DNA of 64,000 nucleotides from Spirochaetia bacterium (GTDB taxonomy: Bacteria > Spirochaetota > Spirochaetia > DSM-16054 > Sediminispirochaetaceae). Shown here in pieces: positions 10,172 to 20,071 of this stretch. Both the position numbers and the translations under genes were made by a program. Under the pieces are notes generated by a model. It worked only from the letters and a program-made list of their open reading frames with translations, made no database searches and was not told where the DNA came from. The stretch covers positions 768,001-832,000 of the forward strand of contig JAXHMY010000001.1 of NCBI GenBank assembly GCA_034520965.1, in the 5' to 3' direction. Numbering within the stretch: position 1 is the stretch's first letter; every line of letters starts with the position of its first letter.

Positions 10172-10690
10172 TTATTTTAACAAATTTAGTTTCTTTAACT
10201 TCGGCCGAATCACAAAGGTACAATACCCGGCATAGGGGTGCTTCTCAAAGTAATGGTGATGATACTCTTCGGCGGGATAAAAAGTATCCAGAGGTTTCAC
10301 CTCGGTAACCACAGGGCCCTCAAAATACCCCGATTCCTCCAGGGCCTGCTTCGACTCCTCCGCCGCTTTCCGCTGCTGCTCGTTATGGTACAGGATAATC
10401 GAGCGGTACTGTGAGCCTACATCGGCCCCCTGGCGGTTGACCGTCGTGGGGTCGTGGGCCTTCCAGAAGGCATTCAAGATATCATGGTAACTCAGCTTCT
10501 CCGGGTCAAAGCTAATCTGGACTACCTCGGCATGGCCGGTGGTCCCGGTGCTCACACTTTCGTAACTTGGCGAGTCGGTGCTGCCGCCGGCATAGCCGGG
10601 CACCACCGACTCAACCCCATCTAGGCGCTCAAAAATTGCCTCTAAACACCAAAAGCATCCGCCCCCGAGGGTTGCGTATTCTACTGCCAT
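10172..10690 (-). CDS. msrA: Peptide-methionine (S)-S-oxide reductase
   Basis: GGGCFWC, GHAEVV, HDPTT.NRQG.DVG.QYRS, AEEYH motifs. Confidence 0.97.
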   Translation of the reverse strand: MAVEYATLGGGCFWCLEAIFERLDGVESVVPGYAGGSTDSPSYESVSTGTTGHAEVVQISFDPEKLSYHDILNAFWKAHDPTTVNRQGADVGSQYRSIILYHNEQQRKAAEESKQALEESGYFEGPVVTEVKPLDTFYPAEEYHHHYFEKHPYAGYCTFVIRPKLKKLNLLK

Positions 10691-10774
10691 ACAAATTCTC
10701 CTTTATGTATAAAATACAAAATTTTTTGAGTTCCGGCAGTAAATACCTTACTATTTTTTTAATCTATCAATAGG

Positions 10775-11752
10775 TTAATATCCTGCTTCAATGTCGGCCT
10801 CGAACAACAGTGAGCCGTCGCTCACAAAGCGGCGCAAATTCTCACAGGCTTGCTCTATTCCCTTCCCGGCAGCCTGGGCGGTAAAACCGGCGGCATGGGG
10901 CGAGTTCACTATAGAATCCATCCGGTGAATTGGGTAGTGCGAGGGGGCCCCCTCGGTTCCCTCCGGGGGATAGTTGTACCAACAGTCAATGGCGGCACCA
11001 CCCAGACTACCCGATTTGAGGGCTTCGTACAGAGCCGTCTCATCCACAATTGACCCACGGCCGATATTTACCAAGAGCTTGCCCTGCATACGCTGCAATT
11101 CCGCCCTGCCCAGCAGTGCCTTAGTTGAATCGGTAGCCGGAAGGGCTACCACCAGCAGGTCGCACTGCTCAATTGCCTCGTCAATTGAGTAGACCATGGA
11201 ATCGAAGCCCTCCGGGGGCTCCTGAACCCGGGTGCGCTTGTAACCGATTGTCTTTACCCGAAAGGCCTTTAAGAGCTGGGCGGTATATTTTCCTATCTCT
11301 CCGGTACCCAGAATAGCAGCTGTCTTTCCGTCTAGCGACTCCCAGGTATCTTCCAAACCCTTGCCTACCCAGAAGCCGTGCCAATGCTCCTCCCGCAAAT
11401 CGTTGTGGAACTCTATAATGCGGCCGTAATAGGCCAGAATCATCGCCACCGTTCTTTCGGCCACATAGAAAGCGTTACCGTGGGAGTTGGCCACCCTCAC
11501 CCCGCGCTTTCGCAGCAGGTCGAAGGGCAGGTGGTTTACCCCGGTAAAGGGCACTATCACTAAAGACAGCCTTTCCGCCCGTTCAAAGACCTCACGGGCT
11601 ATTTTTCCGCCGATAATTACATCGGCCTCGGGGATATGCCGGTCCGCCTGGTTCAGGTCGGTGATAATTTCAAGGCTCGGAAACTCCTTCTGTATCGGCT
11701 CGAGAAACTCACGCCAGATTCGATTTACCTTTTGATAAAAGACGACTTTCAT
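10775..11752 (-). CDS. D-2-hydroxyacid dehydrogenase family protein
   Basis: ILGTGEIG Rossmann motif, VNIGRGSIVDE, AAIDCW, SPHAAG. Confidence 0.9.
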   Translation of the reverse strand: MKVVFYQKVNRIWREFLEPIQKEFPSLEIITDLNQADRHIPEADVIIGGKIAREVFERAERLSLVIVPFTGVNHLPFDLLRKRGVRVANSHGNAFYVAERTVAMILAYYGRIIEFHNDLREEHWHGFWVGKGLEDTWESLDGKTAAILGTGEIGKYTAQLLKAFRVKTIGYKRTRVQEPPEGFDSMVYSIDEAIEQCDLLVVALPATDSTKALLGRAELQRMQGKLLVNIGRGSIVDETALYEALKSGSLGGAAIDCWYNYPPEGTEGAPSHYPIHRMDSIVNSPHAAGFTAQAAGKGIEQACENLRRFVSDGSLLFEADIEAGY

Positions 11753-11789
11753 AGATCCTCCTAGTTTATGCGGTTATTTATGAAGTATA

Positions 11790-13090
11790 GGCTGTCCCGA
11801 AGCTTATTGAATTTTTTTCACACCGAAATTGAAGCAGCGCCCCGTTTTTACCCCTCTATATAGGTATACCACCTAAAAGGAGGATTAAGAGAATGATCAC
11901 ACCACCATTTTGTCCCTATAAGGAGTGCTCCCAGCACTTTGAAGCCGAGCACCGGCGAAATTGGTATAGGTGCTATGGACACCATTGTACAGAGGCTTTT
12001 GGGAAAGTTCAACGCTACCAATGCTTGGCCTGCAAGCGTACCTTCAGCGATCAGACCTTCAGCTTAAACTATTACGCGAAACGAGTTATATCCTACGAGC
12101 AGATATTCCGCCAGCTCAGGTCCACCGCCGGGATTCGCGATTTATCCCGCAATCTGGAAATTTCCCGCGGCTCGGTCGAAAACCGACTCTTTCGTATGGC
12201 TCACTGGGCCCTTGGCTTTCATGCCTTAAGCCGTCAGCATATGCACCTTAAGGAGGACCTGGTGGCCGACGGTTTTGAGGGCTACCTGCACAGCAGGTAT
12301 TTTCCCCACCACCTGAATATTCTCATCGGCAAAGAAACCCAGTACTTCTACGCAATGGACTTTACCACCCTGCGCCGAAAGGGTCGTATGAGCCCTTCTC
12401 AAAAGCTTTTTCGGCGGTTTCTCGATCGTGTGTGCCGCCCCGATCCGAAGGGGATTGAAAAGTCGATGGCCAGGCTCGCCGAAGAGATTCTGCATCTGTT
12501 TGCAGGCCGTCATAAAACAGTTCTCAAGGTGTATACCGATGATCACCAGGCCTACCCGCGGGCTTTTCGCCGGCACAAAGCCTTTGCTCAGTTGCTTCGG
12601 CAGGGGAGTATCATCCACGATGCGGCAAAGGAACTGAACAGCCGGGGCCGGGTAAATAAACTGTTTGCTGTAAACTATATGGATAGGCAATTTCGAAAGG
12701 ATATTGTCAATTATGTGCGCTACACGGTGAATACGGCCAGAAATGCAATGCTCTTTCTGGGCAGCCGGCTGCGTGTATCGGCTCCACCATAATTGCATAA
12801 AGCCCTACCGGGAGAACCACCCCAAGGCCGGGAAGTGGCACTGGAATCTAGCCGGGGTGAACGGTAATCTCGTAGCCCCGATGCTTGAGAGCCGCTTCGT
12901 GTGGAGACCCTTTGTCACATTTCTGGACCTTACTCCCGGGGAGAAGGGCTTATGGTTTCGCTTGTATCGTACTCCCCTCAAAAAGGGAAGGGAGTATCTT
13001 CCAAAATATGCATATAGCTGAAAGAGGACTTTAGGTTAATTATGTCCAACGCGGTAAGCGCCGATAAAATCAATAAGCTTCGGGACAGTC
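11790..13090 (+). mobile_element. Insertion sequence (~1.3 kb) with terminal inverted repeats and TA flanks
   Basis: ATAGGCTGTCCCGAAGCTTATTGA (11787-11810) matches the reverse complement of 13070-13093 at 23/24 positions. TA lies on both sides (11788-89, 13091-92) and the element encloses one transposase-like gene. Confidence 0.85.
11893..13021 (+). CDS. Putative transposase (Zn-ribbon + HTH + IS1/IS6/IS1595-like RNase H core), frameshifted near 12765
   Basis: CPxxxCxxH...RYQCLACKRTF, HTH GIRDLSRNLEISRGSV, ADGFE, YTDDHQAY, NYMDRQFRK, then HHNCIKPYR in the next frame. It lies between the inverted repeats. Confidence 0.75.
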
Positions 13091-13098
13091 TATTGATG

Positions 13099-14253
13099 TT
13101 ACCCTTTGATTACCGCCAGCGGCGAAAGCTCAACCAATATTTTTACCAGATCCCGCTGATGCCCCATTACATCGGAGATGTTCTTATAGGCCCCCGCCGC
13201 TTCATCCAGATCTTTGCTGCTGCGAAGGTTGTGAAGAATACCCTGACGGTCCATACGGCTGCGCTCTTTCTGCAGATCGAGGTTGCGCTGGGCAGCCTTC
13301 CGACCCATCACCCGTCCGGCCCCGTGGGAACAGGAACAAAAGCTCTCCGGATTACCGAGCCCTTCAACGATATAGCTGTTGGTCCCCTGGCTCCCCGGAA
13401 CTATGCCGCACTGCCCCTTGCGGGCGGAGGTAGCCCCCTTGCGGTGGACTACCACCTCTTGCCCAAAATGCTGTTCGAGGGCTGCAAAATTGTGGTGAAT
13501 ATTTACCTCATCGCCAAAACTCACCCGCGAATAGTAACGCTTTACCACCGACTGCACCGTGTGCAGCATATGGGCCCGGGAGGCGGCGGCAAACTCCTGG
13601 GCAAACTGCATCGAGGCAAAATACTCATTCGCCGCCGGGCTGCCTAAAAACAGCGGTGCCAGCTGAATATCCGGCAGTTCCTCTTTCAGTTCTTCCTTCA
13701 CCTGCGCTTTGGCTCGGCGGTAATACTCCTTGGCAATGGTATAGCCAAAGTTCCGACTGCCCGAGTGCAGCATTATCCACACCCGCCCATCACTGCCCTG
13801 CTGCAGCTCGATAAAGTGGTTCCCCCCGCCGAGGCTACCCAGCTGATAACGGGCCGAATCGAGCTCCTGCTGCACCACCGTGGTATGGGGAGCTTCCCCG
13901 AAGCCCTCCCACTGCTGGGGAGTTTTGTGGTGCTTAAAGCCCACCGGTATGAGCGCACGCAGGTCGTCCACTATTTTCTGCAGTTTGTCGTGGGAAACGC
14001 CCTCAAGGGAAGTCTGTACCGCGTTCATGCCGCAGCCGATATCCACTCCCACCGCATTGGGTATCACCGCATCTGTAGTTGCCAACACCCCGCCGATAGG
14101 CATGCCGAAGCCCTGGTGGGCATCGGGCATAATGGCGATGTGGTGATAGGCGTAGGGTAAATTAGCTATATTCTTGGCTTGGGCCAGGGCGCCCTGTTCA
14201 AGTGTGTCGAGCCACAGCTTGATGGGAACCCCTTCCGTATGTATCTCAAACAT
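13099..14253 (-). CDS. rtcB: RtcB-family RNA ligase
   Basis: [39 protein letters not shown] motifs. Confidence 0.95.
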   Translation of the reverse strand: MFEIHTEGVPIKLWLDTLEQGALAQAKNIANLPYAYHHIAIMPDAHQGFGMPIGGVLATTDAVIPNAVGVDIGCGMNAVQTSLEGVSHDKLQKIVDDLRALIPVGFKHHKTPQQWEGFGEAPHTTVVQQELDSARYQLGSLGGGNHFIELQQGSDGRVWIMLHSGSRNFGYTIAKEYYRRAKAQVKEELKEELPDIQLAPLFLGSPAANEYFASMQFAQEFAAASRAHMLHTVQSVVKRYYSRVSFGDEVNIHHNFAALEQHFGQEVVVHRKGATSARKGQCGIVPGSQGTNSYIVEGLGNPESFCSCSHGAGRVMGRKAAQRNLDLQKERSRMDRQGILHNLRSSKDLDEAAGAYKNISDVMGHQRDLVKILVELSPLAVIKG

Positions 14254-15241
14254 TTCCTATAGTGGCAACCATAACCGCCTTAATCGTATGCATACGATTT
14301 TCCGCCTCGTCAAAGACCACCGAGTGGCGGCTGCGGAAAACTTCATCGGATACTTCCATCTCCTGCAAACCGAACTTCTCCTGGATTTCCTTGCCGATAC
14401 TGGTTTCAGTGTCATGGAAGGCAGGCAGACAGTGCATAAAAACCACATCGTTGTTGCCGGTTTGCTTCAGCATGCTCATATCCACCCGGTACTTCTCAAG
14501 CAATTTTATGCGCTGTTCAAACTGCTCTTCCTCACCCATCGAAACCCATACGTCGGTGTACAACACGTCCGCGTCTTTTACCCCTAGGGCTATGTCGTCG
14601 GTAAACTCTATAGAAGCCCCGGATTCTTTGGCCACCTTCTGCATCTCGTCGACCAGCTCCTTGTCCGGCAGCAGCTCCGCGGGGGCTATTCCTACAAACT
14701 GCATCCCCAGTTTCGCAGCCCCTATCATGAGCGAACGGCCCATATTATTACGGGCATCGCCGATAAACACAAATTTCACCTTATTCAGAGGTTTGTTCAC
14801 CGATTCACGTACCGTCAAAAAGTCGGCTAATATTTGGGTCGGGTGATACTGATCGGTCAAACCGTTCCATACCGGCACCCCGGAGTACTTGGCCAGCATC
14901 TCCACCGTCTCCTGCTTAAACCCGCGAAACTCAATTCCATCGTAGTATCGTCCCAGTACTCCGGCGGTATCCTCAACGGACTCCTTCTTGCCCATTTGAC
15001 TGTTGGTTAAAAAGGTGACCTTCGCGCCCTCATCATAGGCCGCCACCTCAAAGGCGCAGCGGGTTCTGGTAGAAGCCTTTTCAAACAGCAGGACAATGTT
15101 CTTTCCATCCAGCAGGTTCCCTTTCAGTCCCGCCCGCTTTTTCCGTTTAAGGTCCTCGGATAGGTCCAGTAGATACAAAATTTCCTCTCGGCTATAGTCC
15201 TTCAAGCTTAACAGACTGCGCCGCCTCAAATTTACCGGCAT
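14246..15241 (-). CDS. arcB: Ornithine carbamoyltransferase (probably catabolic, given adjacency to arcA)
   Basis: [28 protein letters not shown] motifs; GGAGG RBS before ATG 15241. Confidence 0.93.
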   Translation of the reverse strand: MPVNLRRRSLLSLKDYSREEILYLLDLSEDLKRKKRAGLKGNLLDGKNIVLLFEKASTRTRCAFEVAAYDEGAKVTFLTNSQMGKKESVEDTAGVLGRYYDGIEFRGFKQETVEMLAKYSGVPVWNGLTDQYHPTQILADFLTVRESVNKPLNKVKFVFIGDARNNMGRSLMIGAAKLGMQFVGIAPAELLPDKELVDEMQKVAKESGASIEFTDDIALGVKDADVLYTDVWVSMGEEEQFEQRIKLLEKYRVDMSMLKQTGNNDVVFMHCLPAFHDTETSIGKEIQEKFGLQEMEVSDEVFRSRHSVVFDEAENRMHTIKAVMVATIGNV

Positions 15242-15262
15242 AATCAACCTCCCTTGTTATAT

Positions 15263-16471
15263 CTATATTGAGTCCCGCAACAGGGGCATACTCATACAGC
15301 GCGGACCACCGCGTCCGCGCACCAGTTCGGATCCTTCAATCTCCACCACTTCAATACCGTTTTCTAGCAGAGTCCTGTTCGAGGCGGTATTGCGATCATA
15401 GGTCATTACCTTCCCCGGAGCCAAGGCCAGGGTATTGGTGCTGTCGTTCCACTGCTCCCGGGCAGCGGTTAAATCATCATCTCCTCCGCTCTCGATCAAT
15501 CGTACCGCCGAAAGCTGCAGCGCATCCTTCAAGGCCTCTTCCAAGCTGTCGAGAGGATGGACCAGGACTACACCGCCGCTGCCGGGCTCCAACTTAAACA
15601 CCGAGACTTTTCGGCGAATCTCCGGAAAAACTGAAAAAGCATCGTGGTCTACCATGGTAAACACAGTATCAAGATGCATATATTCCCGCCGGAAGGGTAT
15701 CTGGATTACCAGCACCTGGCTGTAGCCTCCTGCAAACAGGCGCTGGGCCAAGCGTTCAATACCTTCGGTACTGGTTCGCTGGCTGCAGCCGACGGCTACC
15801 GTATGCGTGTTTAATACAAGGATATCCCCGCCTTCTATAGTATCAAGGTCGGAGTAATGATACCACAGGGTCAACGGGCTTTCATTAAATTTCGGATGGT
15901 GACGATAGATTGCAGACAAGAGGCGTGTCTCCCGCATTCTGGCCGGGGCCTTCATTGCATTAATTGCAAGACCGGTCCCTATAATCGCCCCTGGGTCACG
16001 GGCAAAGTAGAGGTTGGTCAGGGGGTTGATATAGAAGGGGTGGGCATCCTTTACAAAATGAGCTAAGCGGCTCCCGTCGGCGGGATGCAGATCCTGCTTG
16101 CGCAGTCCGGTGATCATCACATCGACAAAGCGGTGGCCCTCCAAAGCTTCCAGGTACTCCACAAGGTCGTGCCTGAGCTCTTGATCGCCAATCCGGCATT
16201 CGGCAACCACCTCTTCGGTAAGCTCATTACGGACCTCCGGCTGCCGGCAGACATCCTCCAGCAGGTCGCGGTAGTACCACACTTCCGCCCCATGGCTGCG
16301 GAGGGACTCCGCAAAGGCATCGTGCTCTTCCTGAATCTTTTTTAACCACGGGATGTCTTCAAACAGCATCTCCAGCAAGTAGCGCGGGGTAAGCTGTTCA
16401 AGCTCGCTTCCCGGCCGATGCAGCAGTACCCGTTTCAAGCTTCCTATCTCTGATTGAACTTCAAACTTCAT
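15263..16471 (-). CDS. arcA: Arginine deiminase
   Basis: SEIGSLKRVLLHRPG, NLYFARD, IEGGD, MHLDTV, GRGGPRCMSMP motifs. Confidence 0.97.
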   Translation of the reverse strand: MKFEVQSEIGSLKRVLLHRPGSELEQLTPRYLLEMLFEDIPWLKKIQEEHDAFAESLRSHGAEVWYYRDLLEDVCRQPEVRNELTEEVVAECRIGDQELRHDLVEYLEALEGHRFVDVMITGLRKQDLHPADGSRLAHFVKDAHPFYINPLTNLYFARDPGAIIGTGLAINAMKAPARMRETRLLSAIYRHHPKFNESPLTLWYHYSDLDTIEGGDILVLNTHTVAVGCSQRTSTEGIERLAQRLFAGGYSQVLVIQIPFRREYMHLDTVFTMVDHDAFSVFPEIRRKVSVFKLEPGSGGVVLVHPLDSLEEALKDALQLSAVRLIESGGDDDLTAAREQWNDSTNTLALAPGKVMTYDRNTASNRTLLENGIEVVEIEGSELVRGRGGPRCMSMPLLRDSI

Positions 16472-16575
16472 ACCCCATTTATACACCTTTTGCCCGTTAA
16501 TTGCGACCTTTATAATACTGCAGTTTTTTGTAATGGGACTTGAAGAAAAGCAAAAGCTGCACTACCTTCTTACCC

Positions 16576-17403
16576 ATGAAAAGAATAATATTTGCACTTT
16601 GTGCTGCACTCTTATTAGTTCCATTGTCTGCGGCGGCGGAACAGCCCGCTTTCTCCGATACTCTCGCTTCAATGGAAGCGCTGTTCACCTCGGACACCCT
16701 GTCACAGCTGGAGGAAAACCGCAACGATGGGAAGGCGGGGTTCAACCGCTTTTTTACCTCCGACGGTCGGGCGACCCACCTTCCGGGGGTAGATATTGCG
16801 GGAGACCTCATTCAGGCGGCTTATTCGGTCGACTATGCCGTCGGGGTGGAATCTTTGTACCTGATTCCCTGGCAGGATGTCAGTCCCAGGCTCACTAAGC
16901 TGTCCCGGCAGGAGTTTCGTCTGGAAATATACAACACCCTCCGTAAAATCAGCAGCCTGGAAGGCATTGAATATTATTCGGCCTCCCGCGAGCGAATGCG
17001 CACGCTCTTCGCCGAAAGCTGGGCTATCAATAATCCCGAGGACCAAAAGAAGCTTGACGATCCCCTGGTCAGCAGCATTCCCGAAGAGGATAGCATCTAT
17101 ATCCATCAAAAGGACCTTACCTTCGGGAAAAATATTTCCGAGGTTCATTACCAGAGTTCGGGTGACTATTTCCGCATGAATATTGTGAACCTTACTAGCA
17201 TGACCTACATGTTTTTCCCGGTAGTCGGGAAGGAGAACATGTCGATGCAGTTGTTAATTGTACCCGTTCAGGAGGGAATTGCCTTCTACGGTCTTAATAC
17301 GGTGGATGTAATGAAGCTCAAGATATTCTACGATAAAATGCGCGACTCATTCACCAATAGAATGGTCGCGCTGTACAATTGGTTCCTTACCGAGCTGCAG
17401 TAA
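16576..17403 (+). CDS. Exported spirochaete-type protein (DUF6675-like)
   Basis: Signal peptide MKRIIFALCAALLL...; ISSLEGIEYYSASR...TLF and SFTNRMVALYNWF resemble this family from recall only. Confidence 0.6.
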   Translation: MKRIIFALCAALLLVPLSAAAEQPAFSDTLASMEALFTSDTLSQLEENRNDGKAGFNRFFTSDGRATHLPGVDIAGDLIQAAYSVDYAVGVESLYLIPWQDVSPRLTKLSRQEFRLEIYNTLRKISSLEGIEYYSASRERMRTLFAESWAINNPEDQKKLDDPLVSSIPEEDSIYIHQKDLTFGKNISEVHYQSSGDYFRMNIVNLTSMTYMFFPVVGKENMSMQLLIVPVQEGIAFYGLNTVDVMKLKIFYDKMRDSFTNRMVALYNWFLTELQ

Positions 17404-17406
17404 ACT

Positions 17407-19939
17407 CTAACACTCACTGTGGCCACAGGAGTGGCACTTTTTACAGCCTTCAATAAACATAAAGGTAGCATTTCCACAGACCGGACATATATCGGCGGTC
17501 GGCTCGTTGAATGAAAGGGAGAACTGCTTCTTTTCGTTCTCCTCCTCTTCATCGGGCAGCACCGGGTAGTTGTAATCTTCTACTGGTCCTTTCCGATGTG
17601 CTCTTCGATCGCCTGAGCTATGGCGTCGGGCAGACTCATTACCCGGTTTTTACCGAATCCTCGCTGCCGTCCGCTGCCGATACTACGCAGCTGGGCAATG
17701 ATATTCTCCGCCCGCTCTTCCGGGTTCATCGGGCTCGGCATCCGCAGGATAAGGCTAATTAAACGCCCTAGACCCTCGGCATCCGCCGAAACGTCCGAGC
17801 CGACTTTGGCTACATTGATAAAGATCTCAAAGGGCTCGTTGTTATTGGCACCATCGGAGTTTACAGTAATGTAGGCGGTTCCTATGGGAGAAAGCACGTC
17901 TGGCGCAGGATACCGTGCAGTACGGTCGGACGCACCCGTGAGCGGATCTGTTCCGGTTCAGGGGCCGGTGCTGCCTCCGTTTTAGACTCATCCTCTGTTT
18001 TCAGATTCAGAACCTGCTCATCACGTGAGCCGTCACGGTAAATCGTGCCGCCCTTACAGCCCAAGTCGTACATCAGCTCGTACAGCTCTTTGGTCTGTTC
18101 TACCGTATAATGGCTCGGCATATTGCTGGTTTTAGAAATGCTGGAGTCGACCCAGCGCTGAATAGCACCCTGAACACGTACATGCTCTTCCGGAGTAAGA
18201 TCCATGGCCGATACAAAATAGTCGGGCAGAGGCTCATTTTCATTCTCCTTCAGCCAATCGTTATATACATCTACCCGTTCGGTATGAGAGCCCATTCTGC
18301 CTCGCCGTTCCCACTCCCAAAAGTAGTACGGCTCTATTCCGGTGGAAGTACCCACCATAGTTCCGGTTGTACCGGTGGGCGCCTGGGTTAATAGGGTTAC
18401 GTTACGAATTCCCTGGTCCTTTACCGCCTTTCGCACTTCCCCGCTCATACCCTGCATGAAGCCGCTCTCCAGAAACTTATCCGCATCAAAATAGGCAAAA
18501 CTGCCCTTTTCCGCCGCGTACTCCGCACTGGCCAGGTAGGATTGCTCGGCAATAAACTTGAACAGTGTGTCCAGGAATTTCTCCGATTCAGCCCCGCCGT
18601 AACGAATCTTCAGGCGAATCATCATTTCGGCCAGACCCATGGTGCCCAAACCGATACGCCGTTCGGACTGCTGCTGTATCCGGTTGGCCTCGAAGAAGTA
18701 AGGGGTGTTGTCGATAACATCATCCAGAAAGCGAACCGCATAACGGACCGTTTGGCCCAGGGTGTCCCAATCAACCTTGCCCTGCTTTACAAAGCGGGCT
18801 AAATTCACAGCCCCTAAGTTACACACGCCCCAGGGAGGCAGTCCCTGTTCCCCACAGGGGTTGGTACAATTTATTTTTGCGTAGTAGTAACTGTTGCTCA
18901 GGGCGTTGTAGCGGTCAACAAAAAAGATCCCCGGTTCGGCACTGGCCCAGGCACTCTCGATGATGCTGGTCCATATATCCCGGGCTTTCACCGATTTGTA
19001 TTTAGTTACCCCTTTCCCCCGGGCACGCCACGCTTCAAGGTCTCCGTCCCAAAGCTCATCGTAGTCGGGATCGCTCACATCCGGAAACACCAGTTCCCAC
19101 ATACCGTCGCTTTTTACCGCCTGCATAAAGTCGTCGGTAATTCCGACACTTATATTGGCATTGGTAATTCGGCCGGCCAGACGTTTGCTGTTGACGAACT
19201 CCAGAATATCGGGATGCCATATATTGAGGATCAGCATCAGCGCGCCGCGCCGGCTGCCCCCCTGTTCGATTAATCCGGTTACAAAACTGTACAGTCCGCC
19301 CCAGGAGACCGAACCGCTGGAACGTCCGTTTACCCCTTTTACATACGCATGATGGGGGCGCAGACTGGAGAGGTTGATACCTACCCCGCCGCCCCGGGAC
19401 ATAATCTCTGTCATATGGGTGAGAGTCTCCATAATGCCGCCGCGGCTGTCTTTTGGAGAGGGAATTACATAGCAGTTATAGTAGGTGAGTCTCTGTTCGG
19501 TACCGGCTCCGGTAAGGATACGTCCACCTGGGACAAAGCGCCAGTCCTGCAGAAGCCATTCAAAGCGCTTACGCCACTCCTCCCGAACTTCCTCTTTTTC
19601 CTCTTCGGCAATACCCCGGGCTACCCGTGCAATCATCTGGGCCGGATCGGTTTCTACCGGCTTATCTACATGCTCCAACGGCGTGGTAAACTCAGTATCG
19701 TCCTCAAGCTTTACATTTACCTCCCCGTCATTGACCGCAGCAATGCTGCCTATCTCTCGCTGCCCTGTATCTGCATTGGTCATTACCACAACTGTATCAC
19801 CCACTGATAAGCTGCCCTTTTGACCATCCTTAAGAGCATAACGATCCAGAAATATTTTACGGCCCAATGGTTTCAACGAGTTCTTTCCTGCCTGTGCCAC
19901 AACTCCCTCCCAGTTTTTTGAGACTTTACGGCTGTACAT
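17407..19939 (-). CDS. nrdJ: Adenosylcobalamin-dependent (class II) ribonucleotide reductase with TSCPD domain and C-terminal Zn ribbon; two frameshifts (~17895, ~17585)
   Basis: PGGRIL, YNCYV, GGGVG, TNPCGEQ, RRIGLG, APTGT, SISKT. Later frames give the TSCPD segment (EPFEIFINVAKVGS) and ...CPVCG...EGCKKCHSCGHSEC*. Confidence 0.92.
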
Positions 19940-20071
19940 GCATGGCTTACATGCCCAGTCTATACAGCCGCAAGGCCTCCCTCTACAATACTCATTTCAA
20001 AATCATAATTCAAGGCAGCAGGCATAATTTAGAATTGCGCTCCCCATTCTTTTGTTGTATTCTAGGCCACT

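Noticed and set aside
12743..12792. Programmed frameshift in the transposase
   Set aside because: No slippery A6C or X-XXY-YYZ motif at the junction, it lies after the catalytic motifs, and the window has many error-like indels.
17407..17897. Separate NrdJb-like gene or intron/intein in nrdJ
   Set aside because: Fragments abut with single-base shifts, have no RBS and no intervening sequence; best read as one gene.
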